From the NCBI GenBank assembly GCA_963744145.1, contig CAVUSO010000001.1:480001-544000 (forward strand): a stretch of DNA of 64,000 nt, given 5' to 3'. Shown here piece after piece: positions 45,684-55,552 of this stretch (the first letter of the stretch is position 1; every line of letters begins with the position of its first letter). The position numbers were made by a program, and so were the translations under genes. The notes under the pieces are model-generated. The model searched no databases and was not told the DNA's origin. It was given only the letters and a program-made list of their open reading frames with translations. This stretch comes from an uncultured cyanobacterium. GTDB taxonomy: Bacteria > Cyanobacteriota > Cyanobacteriia > Cyanobacteriales > CAWUOF01.

Positions 45684-47072
45684 TTACTGTACTTGATCAA
45701 CCTCGAATTTGCTGTAACTATTAATTATGTTAATTTTACCCGTTACAATATCATTAATTAAGGTTTTACGCAGTTCTTTCAGATGGTCAATTTGATGTTT
45801 GATGGTGTCGATAATTTTATCTATTTGAGTAGTTCTTTTGTCTAGATAGTCCGCGATCGCTTTTTGTTCAGCCAGAGTGGGAATCGGTGTTAAAGCATCG
45901 GTAAAAGCTGATATATTTAATCCAGCTCTGGTAACACCTTTAGCATTGATAATAAAACGTAACCTGTAACTTTTAGATTGCAACAGTCTGAATAAGTAGG
46001 GACTATAAATAGATTGATGTTTACTTCTAATTTGGGCTAAATGATATCCACAAACAACTCCTGATAATGACTCATTAACTAAAGCAGAAATAGCAATATC
46101 TGCACTGGTCTCAGAATCTTTTGTCACTAAAATATCATCTTTATTAACCGCGAATTTTTTAATCTCTAATAGACTTGCTGTAGCTTTCATAAATCCTAAA
46201 GAAGAATCAATTATATCGTTTTTATATACATCTGTATAACTACATAGATACACTGGTATTTCGTGAGCATAAGTTTTTTTATCAACATGACTAAATTGGA
46301 TTAAAGCAATATCTTTTAAACGCTTAATTTGCCAATGTTCAGGAATTGCACCGATCGCCTCAATCCCACTATCTTTCATCGGTACAGTTTGATCTAGTCC
46401 TTGGGTTACGGTTTCATTAATTACAGACTGTTTTAAGCTATTATATAGTGTTACTTTTTGGGTGAGGAGAGCAATTTTTTGATCGATTTGGTAGGTTTTG
46501 GTGTCTAGATAGTGCGCGATCGCTTTTTGTTCAACCAGAGGGGGAATAGGTATAAACAGAAAAGAGCCATATTTTTCAGCACTAATATTCTCAATGGTAG
46601 ATTTGATCACCATAGAGTTTTTCCAATTATTATAAACACTAGATTTGGTATAATAACTGAGAAAATCCGAGATGATCACAGATTGCTTAGGACGAACTTT
46701 AATTAAATAACCTGCGTAACAAGCTTGTCCAGTATAATTTTTGAGGTGGAATGTTTTACCGACTGTAGCACCACTCCGAGCAAAAAGTAGATCTCCTTCC
46801 TTTAAAATAAATTTCTTAGCCCGATCTGGATTTAATGATTTGAAAGTATCTTTTTTCAATTCTTCTTGATCAGAAAAATCAGTAATCCGGATAAAACGAG
46901 GATGATCAGGATTAGCATCACTAGCACTTTCATTTGCTCCATAGCTTAAAGGACCTAAGATCAGTTCTTTTAATCTTTTCACACACCAATGTTCAGGAAT
47001 TTCACCCAGCCACTCAATCCCACTATCTTGATAAGCTGGATAACGACTGATTGATAATTGCTGATTGCTCAT
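45684..47072 (-). CDS. hsdS: Orphan type I RM specificity subunit
   Basis: YPAYQDSGIEWLGEIPEHW, EQKAIA x2, MKDSGIEAIGAIPEHW, VTGKI; no hsdM or hsdR adjacent. Confidence 0.92.
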   Translation of the reverse strand: MSNQQLSISRYPAYQDSGIEWLGEIPEHWCVKRLKELILGPLSYGANESASDANPDHPRFIRITDFSDQEELKKDTFKSLNPDRAKKFILKEGDLLFARSGATVGKTFHLKNYTGQACYAGYLIKVRPKQSVIISDFLSYYTKSSVYNNWKNSMVIKSTIENISAEKYGSFLFIPIPPLVEQKAIAHYLDTKTYQIDQKIALLTQKVTLYNSLKQSVINETVTQGLDQTVPMKDSGIEAIGAIPEHWQIKRLKDIALIQFSHVDKKTYAHEIPVYLCSYTDVYKNDIIDSSLGFMKATASLLEIKKFAVNKDDILVTKDSETSADIAISALVNESLSGVVCGYHLAQIRSKHQSIYSPYLFRLLQSKSYRLRFIINAKGVTRAGLNISAFTDALTPIPTLAEQKAIADYLDKRTTQIDKIIDTIKHQIDHLKELRKTLINDIVTGKINIINSYSKFEVDQVQ

Positions 47073-47145
47073 TGTTTCAATCCTCTGGAGAGTCAATCGA
47101 TTTGATTCATAAATGGCCCAGGGCTCTCGCATTTCGGTTATAGTT

Positions 47146-47267
47146 CAATACGGTTCAGTTACCATCTTTTTTTTTGGGATATCTCGGCGAAGAAGAAGGG
47201 CGAAGCATTCGGATATAATATCACTGGTTTGATTGTTCAATTGTCGCTAAACATGCTTCGCCCCTAC
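47146..47267. mobile_element. Partial MITE copy (IS4-type IR plus REP-like hairpin), inverted relative to 47385-47521
   Basis: CAATACGGTTCAGTTA ... AAGGGCGAAGCATTCGG...CATGCTTCGCCCCTAC. Confidence 0.7.
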
Positions 47268-47384
47268 AAATCCTGCAAATCTGGACACAATTCTGTTTAT
47301 AGTCTAATCCGGTTCGATTCAGGGTTGGGGCGATCGCCCAGCTTTTCTAGGAGCATCGCTATCTGATAAATAAAGTATAAAGCC

Positions 47385-47521
47385 CAATCCGGTTCAGTTA
47401 ACTGTAGGGGTGAAGCATGTTTAGCGACAATTAAGCGATCAAACGAGTAATACTATATCCGAATGCTTCACCCTTCTTTTGCGCCGAGCTCCCCAAAAAT
47501 ATCCTTAACTGAACCATATTG
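47385..47521. mobile_element. Complete 137-bp MITE with 10-bp target site duplication
   Basis: IRs CAATCCGGTTCAGTTAA / TTAACTGAACCATATTG; GTATAAAGCC on both sides (47375-84, 47522-31). Confidence 0.88.
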
Positions 47522-47596
47522 GTATAAAGCCTAGTTATTCCCTAAAAAAAATACCCTATCATTACTAAGCAATTTTTACTTTAGTAAAATTACTTT

Positions 47597-48043
47597 TTAG
47601 TCAATTGGATTGTTGAGAAAATGACGTAATAGAATAGGACTAATAGTTATATAAACTGTCAAAAATGCAACCAGAGGAAAAGCTAAAAATAAGTTAGCTC
47701 CTTCCTTGATTAATGAAATACTACCTAATAAAGAACATATAAAGTCAAGCGCCATTCCTGGAACCCAAAAGAAAAACATTGTTTTCATTCCACGTTTTTT
47801 TCCCTCATAAACATCTATAGTCATAATGTTGATTCCCATGACTGCGGAAGCTCCAACTAGAGCAAATAGTAGAGGGGCATAATCACCACTATTTAATAAA
47901 TTATTTAAATTTGATAATAAATTATTTAAAGTTGCGGCTTTGACTCCCATACCCCCTAATATTCCGATAAAAGTAGTTAGATAATCACCGATCATTCCAA
48001 TCCAAAACAATAGAATCAAAATTACTTGCATCTTTATCTCCAA
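47597..48043 (-). CDS. Hypothetical 4-TM membrane protein
   Basis: Four hydrophobic segments, with a buried Asp in TM1 and TM3 (GDYLT, LDFICS); start could be ATG 48031. Confidence 0.75.
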   Translation of the reverse strand: MEIKMQVILILLFWIGMIGDYLTTFIGILGGMGVKAATLNNLLSNLNNLLNSGDYAPLLFALVGASAVMGINIMTIDVYEGKKRGMKTMFFFWVPGMALDFICSLLGSISLIKEGANLFLAFPLVAFLTVYITISPILLRHFLNNPID

Positions 48044-48054
48044 GTTACCTTTAA

Positions 48055-48627
48055 TTAACGCCGACTTGAAATTACTAATATTGCCAGTCCTATCCCAATG
48101 ACCATAGCAATAGCGGTCAAAATGGCAAATAGTAAATCAGGATTTAATTCTAATTTTTTCTGCTTTTTTCGCGCTTGTTGCCCATAAAATTGTTGCTCAA
48201 CATAACTAATATAACTAAGCTCTCCTATGAACTTTTTCCATGCTTTTAAACCTTCATCTCTAAAATATTGCCTATCTGAAGAATGGATTAATTTGTTCTT
48301 TTCAAACCAAAAATTAATACTTTCCTGATAGCCTGGCTGTAATTTTTGTGAAAAATATTTGTGATTTAATAATTTACAAGACTTTGAATGCTGTTGATAC
48401 CAAAGTAAAAGTCCTATATCATAAAGCTTTTTCCATTCTTTTATAGTAAAAATTTGACGATTCTTGTAAGCAAAATCAACAGATTTCAAATACCTTAAGT
48501 ATTTTAAATCAACTAAAATAAACTTGGAAGCCAGCTGTAGAACTTCCTCAAAAGAATTGGTCTGTTCTTGGAATTGTTTCCAGATAGGTTTATCCATTTT
48601 TTCCCCAAGAAAATTAACCATTATCAC
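48055..48627 (-). CDS. Hypothetical protein with C-terminal TM anchor
   Basis: Basic/aromatic soluble domain then LLFAILTAIAMVIGIGLAILVI; abuts upstream gene; start may be ATG 48597. Confidence 0.72.
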   Translation of the reverse strand: MIMVNFLGEKMDKPIWKQFQEQTNSFEEVLQLASKFILVDLKYLRYLKSVDFAYKNRQIFTIKEWKKLYDIGLLLWYQQHSKSCKLLNHKYFSQKLQPGYQESINFWFEKNKLIHSSDRQYFRDEGLKAWKKFIGELSYISYVEQQFYGQQARKKQKKLELNPDLLFAILTAIAMVIGIGLAILVISSRR

Positions 48628-49754
48628 TAGCTATCACCGCTGCTAGAACTACTATCAGAGCTGCTACTGTCTCCGGAATCGCTGCTACTGTAATCAGAAC
48701 TATAACTATCACTTCCTCCTGAATCAGAGCTGCTATCACCGAACCAAGAACCACTATCACTGTCACCAGAGCTACTGCTGTAATCGTAACTATCGCTTAC
48801 TCCAGAGTCATAACTATCAGAATCACTGCTACTGGAATCATAACCATCACTTTCTCCAGAATCAGAACTATTACCAAACCAGCTATCGAACCAAGAGCCA
48901 CCATTACCTTCATCAGAATTATCGCTACTGGAATTAGAAATATCACTTACTTCAGAGTCAGATTCACTACCAAAAAAACCATCGAACAAAGATACACCAA
49001 TATTGTTAGAATTATTCCTTTCAGAATCGTAACTGTCTCTTGATTCAGATTCATAACAGTTATCATATTCGTTAACATCAGCGCTATTTTCATCAGAAGT
49101 GTCACTTGATTCGGGTTGAGATCCCGTACCGAACCAATTCCAATGATCTCTAAGTTCAGGAGGTATTCCTAGTGTAATTCCTGTCTCTTTGATATTAGCT
49201 GGATCAGCAAAAAAAAGATTATCCGGAGAAATTATGAAGCACTGAGTTTCATTTAACACTTCTTTAACCTTGGAACTAAAGCAGTCGTCTGTTCCATCAG
49301 CAGTTGAAAAAATAAGAATAATTTCTCTCTCTTTAGCTACATGAACTAGACGTTTTGCTTGATCAATATCATTCCATTTTGAGTTTCCTAGAGCTTTACA
49401 TTCTATGATAGCGATCTCATAGTCATTGAGATCTTCAATAGTTATATCTATCTGTGTCCCTCTACCGTATTCTTCAAATGTTTCATTATAAACAAGCTTA
49501 CTTTCTGGGGGATGCCAATTAGCCCTTAATCCAAAATAATCAATTTTTCCCTCTGTGTATCTCTCCCAATTTTCTCCCTGCTCATAATTAGCTCTACCCA
49601 TTTCTTGTCTATCGATATGTTTTTTCTTCTCTATATGTCCTGATTTGCTACTATCGGACTCATCAGATTTGAACACACCAGACACTTGAGAAGTTATCTC
49701 AGCTATACCTTCAGATAGGCGTTTACTAAACCAGTCTAATAATCCTTCACTCAT
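48627..49754 (-). CDS. Putative PD-(D/E)XK nuclease-domain protein with Ser/Asp-rich tail
   Basis: GENWE...QIDI...IAIIECK...DQAKR motif order; about 165-aa S/D/G-rich C-terminus. Confidence 0.65.
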   Translation of the reverse strand: MSEGLLDWFSKRLSEGIAEITSQVSGVFKSDESDSSKSGHIEKKKHIDRQEMGRANYEQGENWERYTEGKIDYFGLRANWHPPESKLVYNETFEEYGRGTQIDITIEDLNDYEIAIIECKALGNSKWNDIDQAKRLVHVAKEREIILIFSTADGTDDCFSSKVKEVLNETQCFIISPDNLFFADPANIKETGITLGIPPELRDHWNWFGTGSQPESSDTSDENSADVNEYDNCYESESRDSYDSERNNSNNIGVSLFDGFFGSESDSEVSDISNSSSDNSDEGNGGSWFDSWFGNSSDSGESDGYDSSSSDSDSYDSGVSDSYDYSSSSGDSDSGSWFGDSSSDSGGSDSYSSDYSSSDSGDSSSSDSSSSSGDS

Positions 49755-49820
49755 AATTTTTTTTACGGTGAGTTAGGTTAATGGAATATTTTTATATAGT
49801 AAACCAATGATCTAAATTAT

Positions 49821-50012
49821 GAAAAGCGGAAAAAGACGGATGTTTATAATAATTTATATTTCAGAAGAAATTGGTCGGGAAAAAGACAGAATAATAGTCT
49901 ATCCCGATCCTAGGTTCCTTGCTCAAAAAACTGTAAAGACGGAAAAAGACGGAATAATTTGAGGATTGATAAAATTTTTACTGCAAGACGGAAAAAGACG
50001 GAAAAAGACGGT
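49821..50012. promoter_or_regulatory. Array of about 8 AAAAGACGGA decamers in the divergent promoter region
   Basis: Copies at 49821, 49831, 49881, 49934, 49944, 49983, 49993, 50003; TTATAATAATTT follows two clusters. Confidence 0.65.
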
Positions 50013-50045
50013 TATAATAATTTCAGTTATTTCTCTCCCCTGCTG

Positions 50046-50567
50046 ATGAATACTCATGAGGTACTGGACTTTGTCGATGAGGTGATCTATACCAAAACTG
50101 GTAAGCATCTCAATGACTTACAACGTGGCATAATTGAAGGAACACTAAAGCGACAAAAATATGCTGATATTGCATCAACTTATAGTTGTAGTGCTGGTCA
50201 TGCTAAGGATGTCGGTTATGAGCTTTTACAGATGTTATCTAATATTTTCGATGAACCTGTTGATAAAAAGCATCTTAAATCTATCCTAGAGCGGCAAGGA
50301 AATCTGAATATTTCTTTAGGTGATAGAAGTATTGCTTGTATTAATAATAATCATATAATTGGAAACATAAATGTTGGCTCTGAACAACCCAACCCTACCG
50401 TACATAAAAGCGATCGTGAAGATCCTGACTTTCAGCAAAAAAAGAATAATCAAATTCAGCAGGAAAAGATTGATAAATTACGACAGTATGGCTTAAACGA
50501 TCAGCAAATCGCAGAGATACTAGAGCTACCTTTAGAGGTAGTTAAGAAGGTAGACTTGGAAGAGTGA
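50046..50567 (+). CDS. Small HTH protein (N-terminal HTH of cyanobacterial vWA-MoxR/NTPase-associated type, plus C-terminal HTH-like tail)
   Basis: EVLDFVD...TGKHLNDLQRGIIEGTLKRQKYADIA...KDVGYELLQMLS; GLNDQQIAEILELPLEVV. Confidence 0.75.
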   Translation: MNTHEVLDFVDEVIYTKTGKHLNDLQRGIIEGTLKRQKYADIASTYSCSAGHAKDVGYELLQMLSNIFDEPVDKKHLKSILERQGNLNISLGDRSIACINNNHIIGNINVGSEQPNPTVHKSDREDPDFQQKKNNQIQQEKIDKLRQYGLNDQQIAEILELPLEVVKKVDLEE

Positions 50568-50595
50568 GCATAGTTAGTACCCCGGATTTAAATCT

Positions 50596-50706
50596 GAGGA
50601 TATTTTTGGGGATCTCGGCGCAGAAGAAGGGTGAAGCATTCGGGTATAATATTACTGGCTCAATCGCTCAATTGTCGCCCGAATGCTTCACCCCTACACT
50701 TAACTC
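50596..50706. repeat. Third copy of the MITE internal REP-like hairpin
   Basis: GGATATTTTTGGGG...AAGGGTGAAGCATTCGG...GAATGCTTCACCCCTACACTTAACT matches 47400-47505 inverted. Confidence 0.7.
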
Positions 50707-50787
50707 CCAAAAGTGTTAACAATTTGTTAATAGCGACATTAATTCGTCGAAACAATAACTATGACCAATAATCTAGCAATCTAAAAA

Positions 50788-50861
<74 letters not shown>

Positions 50862-50971
50862 AATTGTCCTTACCTAATATAACATAACTTTAGCATAAAA
50901 TTAATGATTTTGGGAAAATTTTTGCAAAAGATTGCCTGAACTATGGGCAACCTCACTTATATCCCTAGAAA

Positions 50972-51925
50972 TCAACCGATCCGCAGACGTTGTTCCTGAA
51001 CTATACTTTGTAATGACATCGGCAACCAATGGTCATATTGGGAATAAACGGGTAATCGAGGTAAGAGTTGCCATCCTGCTGGTTCTAAGATATTTTTGAG
51101 AGTCTGATAGTCCAAATGAGGGTAATTAGGATTGACTTCATCTTTCGGTCCAATCCCACCTAAATCCCGAGCCCCTGCTTCTAAACAAGCGAGTAACCAC
51201 TCAGGATCGCTCACTAAATTGGGGGGAATTTGGATGGTAATATCTGGGGGCAAAATTTGACTTGCTAAATTAATTACTTTGGGTAATTGATGGGGATGAA
51301 AAGCTGGTGCTGTAAAAATTTGCTGGTCTCCAGGACTGTAAGGTTGGAGAATTACCTCTTGAATATTACCCCAACGTTGATGAATTTGGGCGATCGCTAC
51401 TAAGGTTTCAGACCAATCTGTGGGAGTTTCACCAATCCCCAACAGTAATCCTGTCGTCAAAGGAATTCTGAGTTTTCCTGCCCATTCTAACTGTTGCAGA
51501 CGGATTTGAGGTAATTTATTCGGAGCATTGCGATGAACTGTTTCCAGTAATTTAGGTGTTAATTGTTCTAGCATCAGCCCCATTGACACATTGACATTTT
51601 TTAAACGATTAATTTCTGTCCAACTTAACGGTCCGACATTACTATGGGGTAAAAATCCCATAGTCAGGGCTAATTTACATAAATCATAAATACGTTCAAA
51701 CCAATCGACACGACGAAAACTGAGGGGATGGACTTCCCCACTAATAATGAGAATTTCAATTACACCACTATCTTTAAGAGAGCTTAATAACCCTTGTGCT
51801 GTGGTTAATTCCATCCAAGCATCTTGACCCGGATCGACACGAAAGTTGCAATAAGTACAGCGATTAAAACACTCATAAGTAGGCACCAAGGTGTAAGCGG
51901 GACTGTAAGTAACAACTCTGGACAT
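50972..51925 (-). CDS. cofG: FO synthase subunit CofG (radical SAM)
   Basis: VTYSPAYTLVPTYECFNRCTYCNF (CxxxCxxC), VSMGLMLE, DEVNP. Confidence 0.92.
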   Translation of the reverse strand: MSRVVTYSPAYTLVPTYECFNRCTYCNFRVDPGQDAWMELTTAQGLLSSLKDSGVIEILIISGEVHPLSFRRVDWFERIYDLCKLALTMGFLPHSNVGPLSWTEINRLKNVNVSMGLMLEQLTPKLLETVHRNAPNKLPQIRLQQLEWAGKLRIPLTTGLLLGIGETPTDWSETLVAIAQIHQRWGNIQEVILQPYSPGDQQIFTAPAFHPHQLPKVINLASQILPPDITIQIPPNLVSDPEWLLACLEAGARDLGGIGPKDEVNPNYPHLDYQTLKNILEPAGWQLLPRLPVYSQYDHWLPMSLQSIVQEQRLRIG

Positions 51926-52175
51926 AAACAAATATCATCCCGATGCTGAATCTGTTTTAGGTTCAATTTACCGAATTTTTTCACAGAAAAAAACTTGTTC
52001 AATCCTGATCTTCCCATAGTATATAACTTTTATTTATACATTATATAAATAACAGCAATTAAAAATACTTAAAAAAAACCTTTACAAAACTAAACAAAAC
52101 GATTAATGTAGTAATCAAGGTAGAGAAACACAGCTACCGAGTACCTTGAAAAATAAATAAAGCCATCATAAACTC

Positions 52176-53259
<1,084 letters not shown>

Positions 53260-53273
53260 TTTTCTTAGCTAAT

Positions 53274-53307
53274 AAAAAGCACTCTCCTTTTCGGGGGGTG
53301 CTTTTTT
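53274..53307 (+). terminator. Intrinsic terminator after psbA
   Basis: AAAAAGCACTCTCC-TTTC-GGGGGTGCTTTTT. Confidence 0.8.
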
Positions 53308-53395
53308 ATTGGTGCGGATTTAATAGTTCTGTTCCATCCTGGCAAAGATCTGTAAAAATTTAGTCAATTATCAATAGACATCAGGAGACAAACCA

Positions 53396-53992
53396 ACGGT
53401 TTACACACGCCCATTAGCCCGTCTAATCGAGCAATTACAACGCCTACCTGGCGTCGGCCCAAAAACAGCCCAGCGATTAGCATTACATATCATCAAGCGT
53501 CCAGAAGAAGAAATTCAGGCGCTAGCTCAAGCTTTAATCGAAGCAAAAAAGCAAATAGGTTTTTGCTCCATCTGTTTTCATCTTTCCGCTGAACCTACTT
53601 GTGAAATCTGTCGCAGCCCAAACCGAGATCATCAGACTATCTGTGTAGTTGCTGAATCTCGGGACGTGATTGCCTTAGAAAAAACTCGAGAATATCGGGG
53701 TAAATATCACGTTTTAGGAGGAGTAATTTCACCAATGGATGGAATTGGTCCAGAACAACTGAATATTCAACCACTGCTAAGACGAATTAGTCAACCAGGT
53801 ATTCAAGAAGTAATTATTGCCATTAGTCCAAGTGTTGAAGGTGAAACTACTACCCTTTATGTGGGTCATTTGCTCAAACCATTCACCAGAGTCACCAGAA
53901 TCGCTTTTGGTTTACCAATGGGAGGCGATCTAGAATACGCTGATGAAGTAACCCTAGCGCGAGCTTTAGAGGGACGTCGAGAATTAGATTAG
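53396..53992 (+). CDS. recR: Recombination mediator RecR, non-canonical start
   Basis: [28 protein letters not shown]4 zinc finger, Toprim; in-frame TAG at 53375 and no ATG/GTG/TTG before the conserved N-terminus. Confidence 0.92.
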   Translation, partial: TVYTRPLARLIEQLQRLPGVGPKTAQRLALHIIKRPEEEIQALAQALIEAKKQIGFCSICFHLSAEPTCEICRSPNRDHQTICVVAESRDVIALEKTREYRGKYHVLGGVISPMDGIGPEQLNIQPLLRRISQPGIQEVIIAISPSVEGETTTLYVGHLLKPFTRVTRIAFGLPMGGDLEYADEVTLARALEGRRELD

Positions 53993-54151
53993 CGGATTCC
54001 TAAACAGTTCAATTACTCAGTAGTCGGGCTATTGCCAAAATAGACCACATGCCAGATGCCAGATGTCCCATAAAAGTTTGTGACTTTCTTGTGTAGAATC
54101 TGAAAATGGGCTAAAAATATCTATACGCTTTAAGTGCGATCGAAGCTATGC

Positions 54152-54754
54152 TTATGTAAAAAAAGAACGTTGGGGATGTCGTAATAGCCAAGAAGTCCAA
54201 CTAGAATCAATCCGATGTAAATTATAGCCCATATTAAAATACAGATTACAAGCTTGATAATTATCTTCTAAGACATGAAGATAAATCTCTTGAAACCCCC
54301 AATTCCGGACAGTCTGCTCACAAGCAGTGAGCAATTGTTTAGCTACTCCCTGACGACGCCACTCAGAGCGAACAGCTAAATTAGATAAATAAGGATACTG
54401 AACACCACCCAAGACCCAGGGTTGATGGGAACGGAGTGCAACTTCTACCGTTCCGACTAGATTAGACCAATTTTCCGTTGCTGGATTTTTACTAGGCAGA
54501 GTCGCTACTAAGCAAAGATAATGAGGAGATGAAGAACGTAGTCGATGACGTAGGTCTTCATAAATTCCCATCCGTAAGACTGGATAAAACCAACTCTGAT
54601 ATCCAGCACGGGAGTGAAAGCTATCAGCCAACACCTCCGCTAGACTAAGTAGATCTGTTGGTCTAGCACCACGAATCAGAAATTGGGGTGAATTGGACGA
54701 GAGGGAAATGGGTTCGGGCACATGGGGTGTTGAGGAATAGAAAAAAGGGTTCAC
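54152..54754 (-). CDS. GNAT N-acetyltransferase
   Basis: YLSNLAVRSEWRRQGVAKQLL, IYLHVLEDN; last codons probably shifted in a T run. Confidence 0.88.
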   Translation of the reverse strand: MNPFFYSSTPHVPEPISLSSNSPQFLIRGARPTDLLSLAEVLADSFHSRAGYQSWFYPVLRMGIYEDLRHRLRSSSPHYLCLVATLPSKNPATENWSNLVGTVEVALRSHQPWVLGGVQYPYLSNLAVRSEWRRQGVAKQLLTACEQTVRNWGFQEIYLHVLEDNYQACNLYFNMGYNLHRIDSSWTSWLLRHPQRSFFT

Positions 54755-55552
54755 AGCTATGAGGATACCTGACCAGCATAATTTTTAATCATAGAATTAG
54801 ATCCCATGACTGGTGATATTAGGATTGAGAACACATTAATAGTTCTTAAAGATACAATATTGGCAATTGGGGCGCAAACTTTGGTTAGCTTAAAGTCGGA
54901 TTTAAGATACTTCCATAGGTATGTATATTTGTACCACTTATGCACTAATCTTGCTTGCCCAAGTTTAGACGGTTGAGAACCTAAATTGGTAAAATTCTAC
55001 ACCCTAAGCGAGAATCTAAGCTAAATGATGGGATAAAGCTGATGGCAAAAAATCAAAAAAATTGCTACTTTGTTCAGCATTAACCTGATTCATTAGCTAA
55101 AATGTGTTTTCAACATCCCCCATGAGGGAAAATTGGACTAAAACAGATAGGAGTAGATGCTACGCTCAAAAAAAAATTATCTGCCATGAAAATATTAATT
55201 TTCAATTCATTACTACTAAATCAACCGATTAGTAAAAAAGTCCACTGAATTTTGGTTGGGAGAATCGCCAAGCTCCTATTAGTATAGATTTAGGACAAAA
55301 AAAAGGAGAAATATATACTTGGGGATCATAACAAAAGTCAATTTGCTCTCCTCGCTGCAAAAGGACAAACAACTCAAACAGGAACACAGATTCAAAAAAC
55401 AGCCCAGTGGATCAGGGGGTTGGGCAGTCTAAGTCACCATAATTTAGTGGGCTAGACATCTGGACAGAATATAGCCATTTGTAAATATCAATAATTTTTG
55501 GCTAGATGAGATTATTTTTAATATAACTGCCCTTACAGCAGGAGAGCAGTGC

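Noticed and set aside
45304-50787. tRNA-Cys-integrated island with att sites
   Set aside because: No integrase and no duplicated tRNA 3' end found; only positional association
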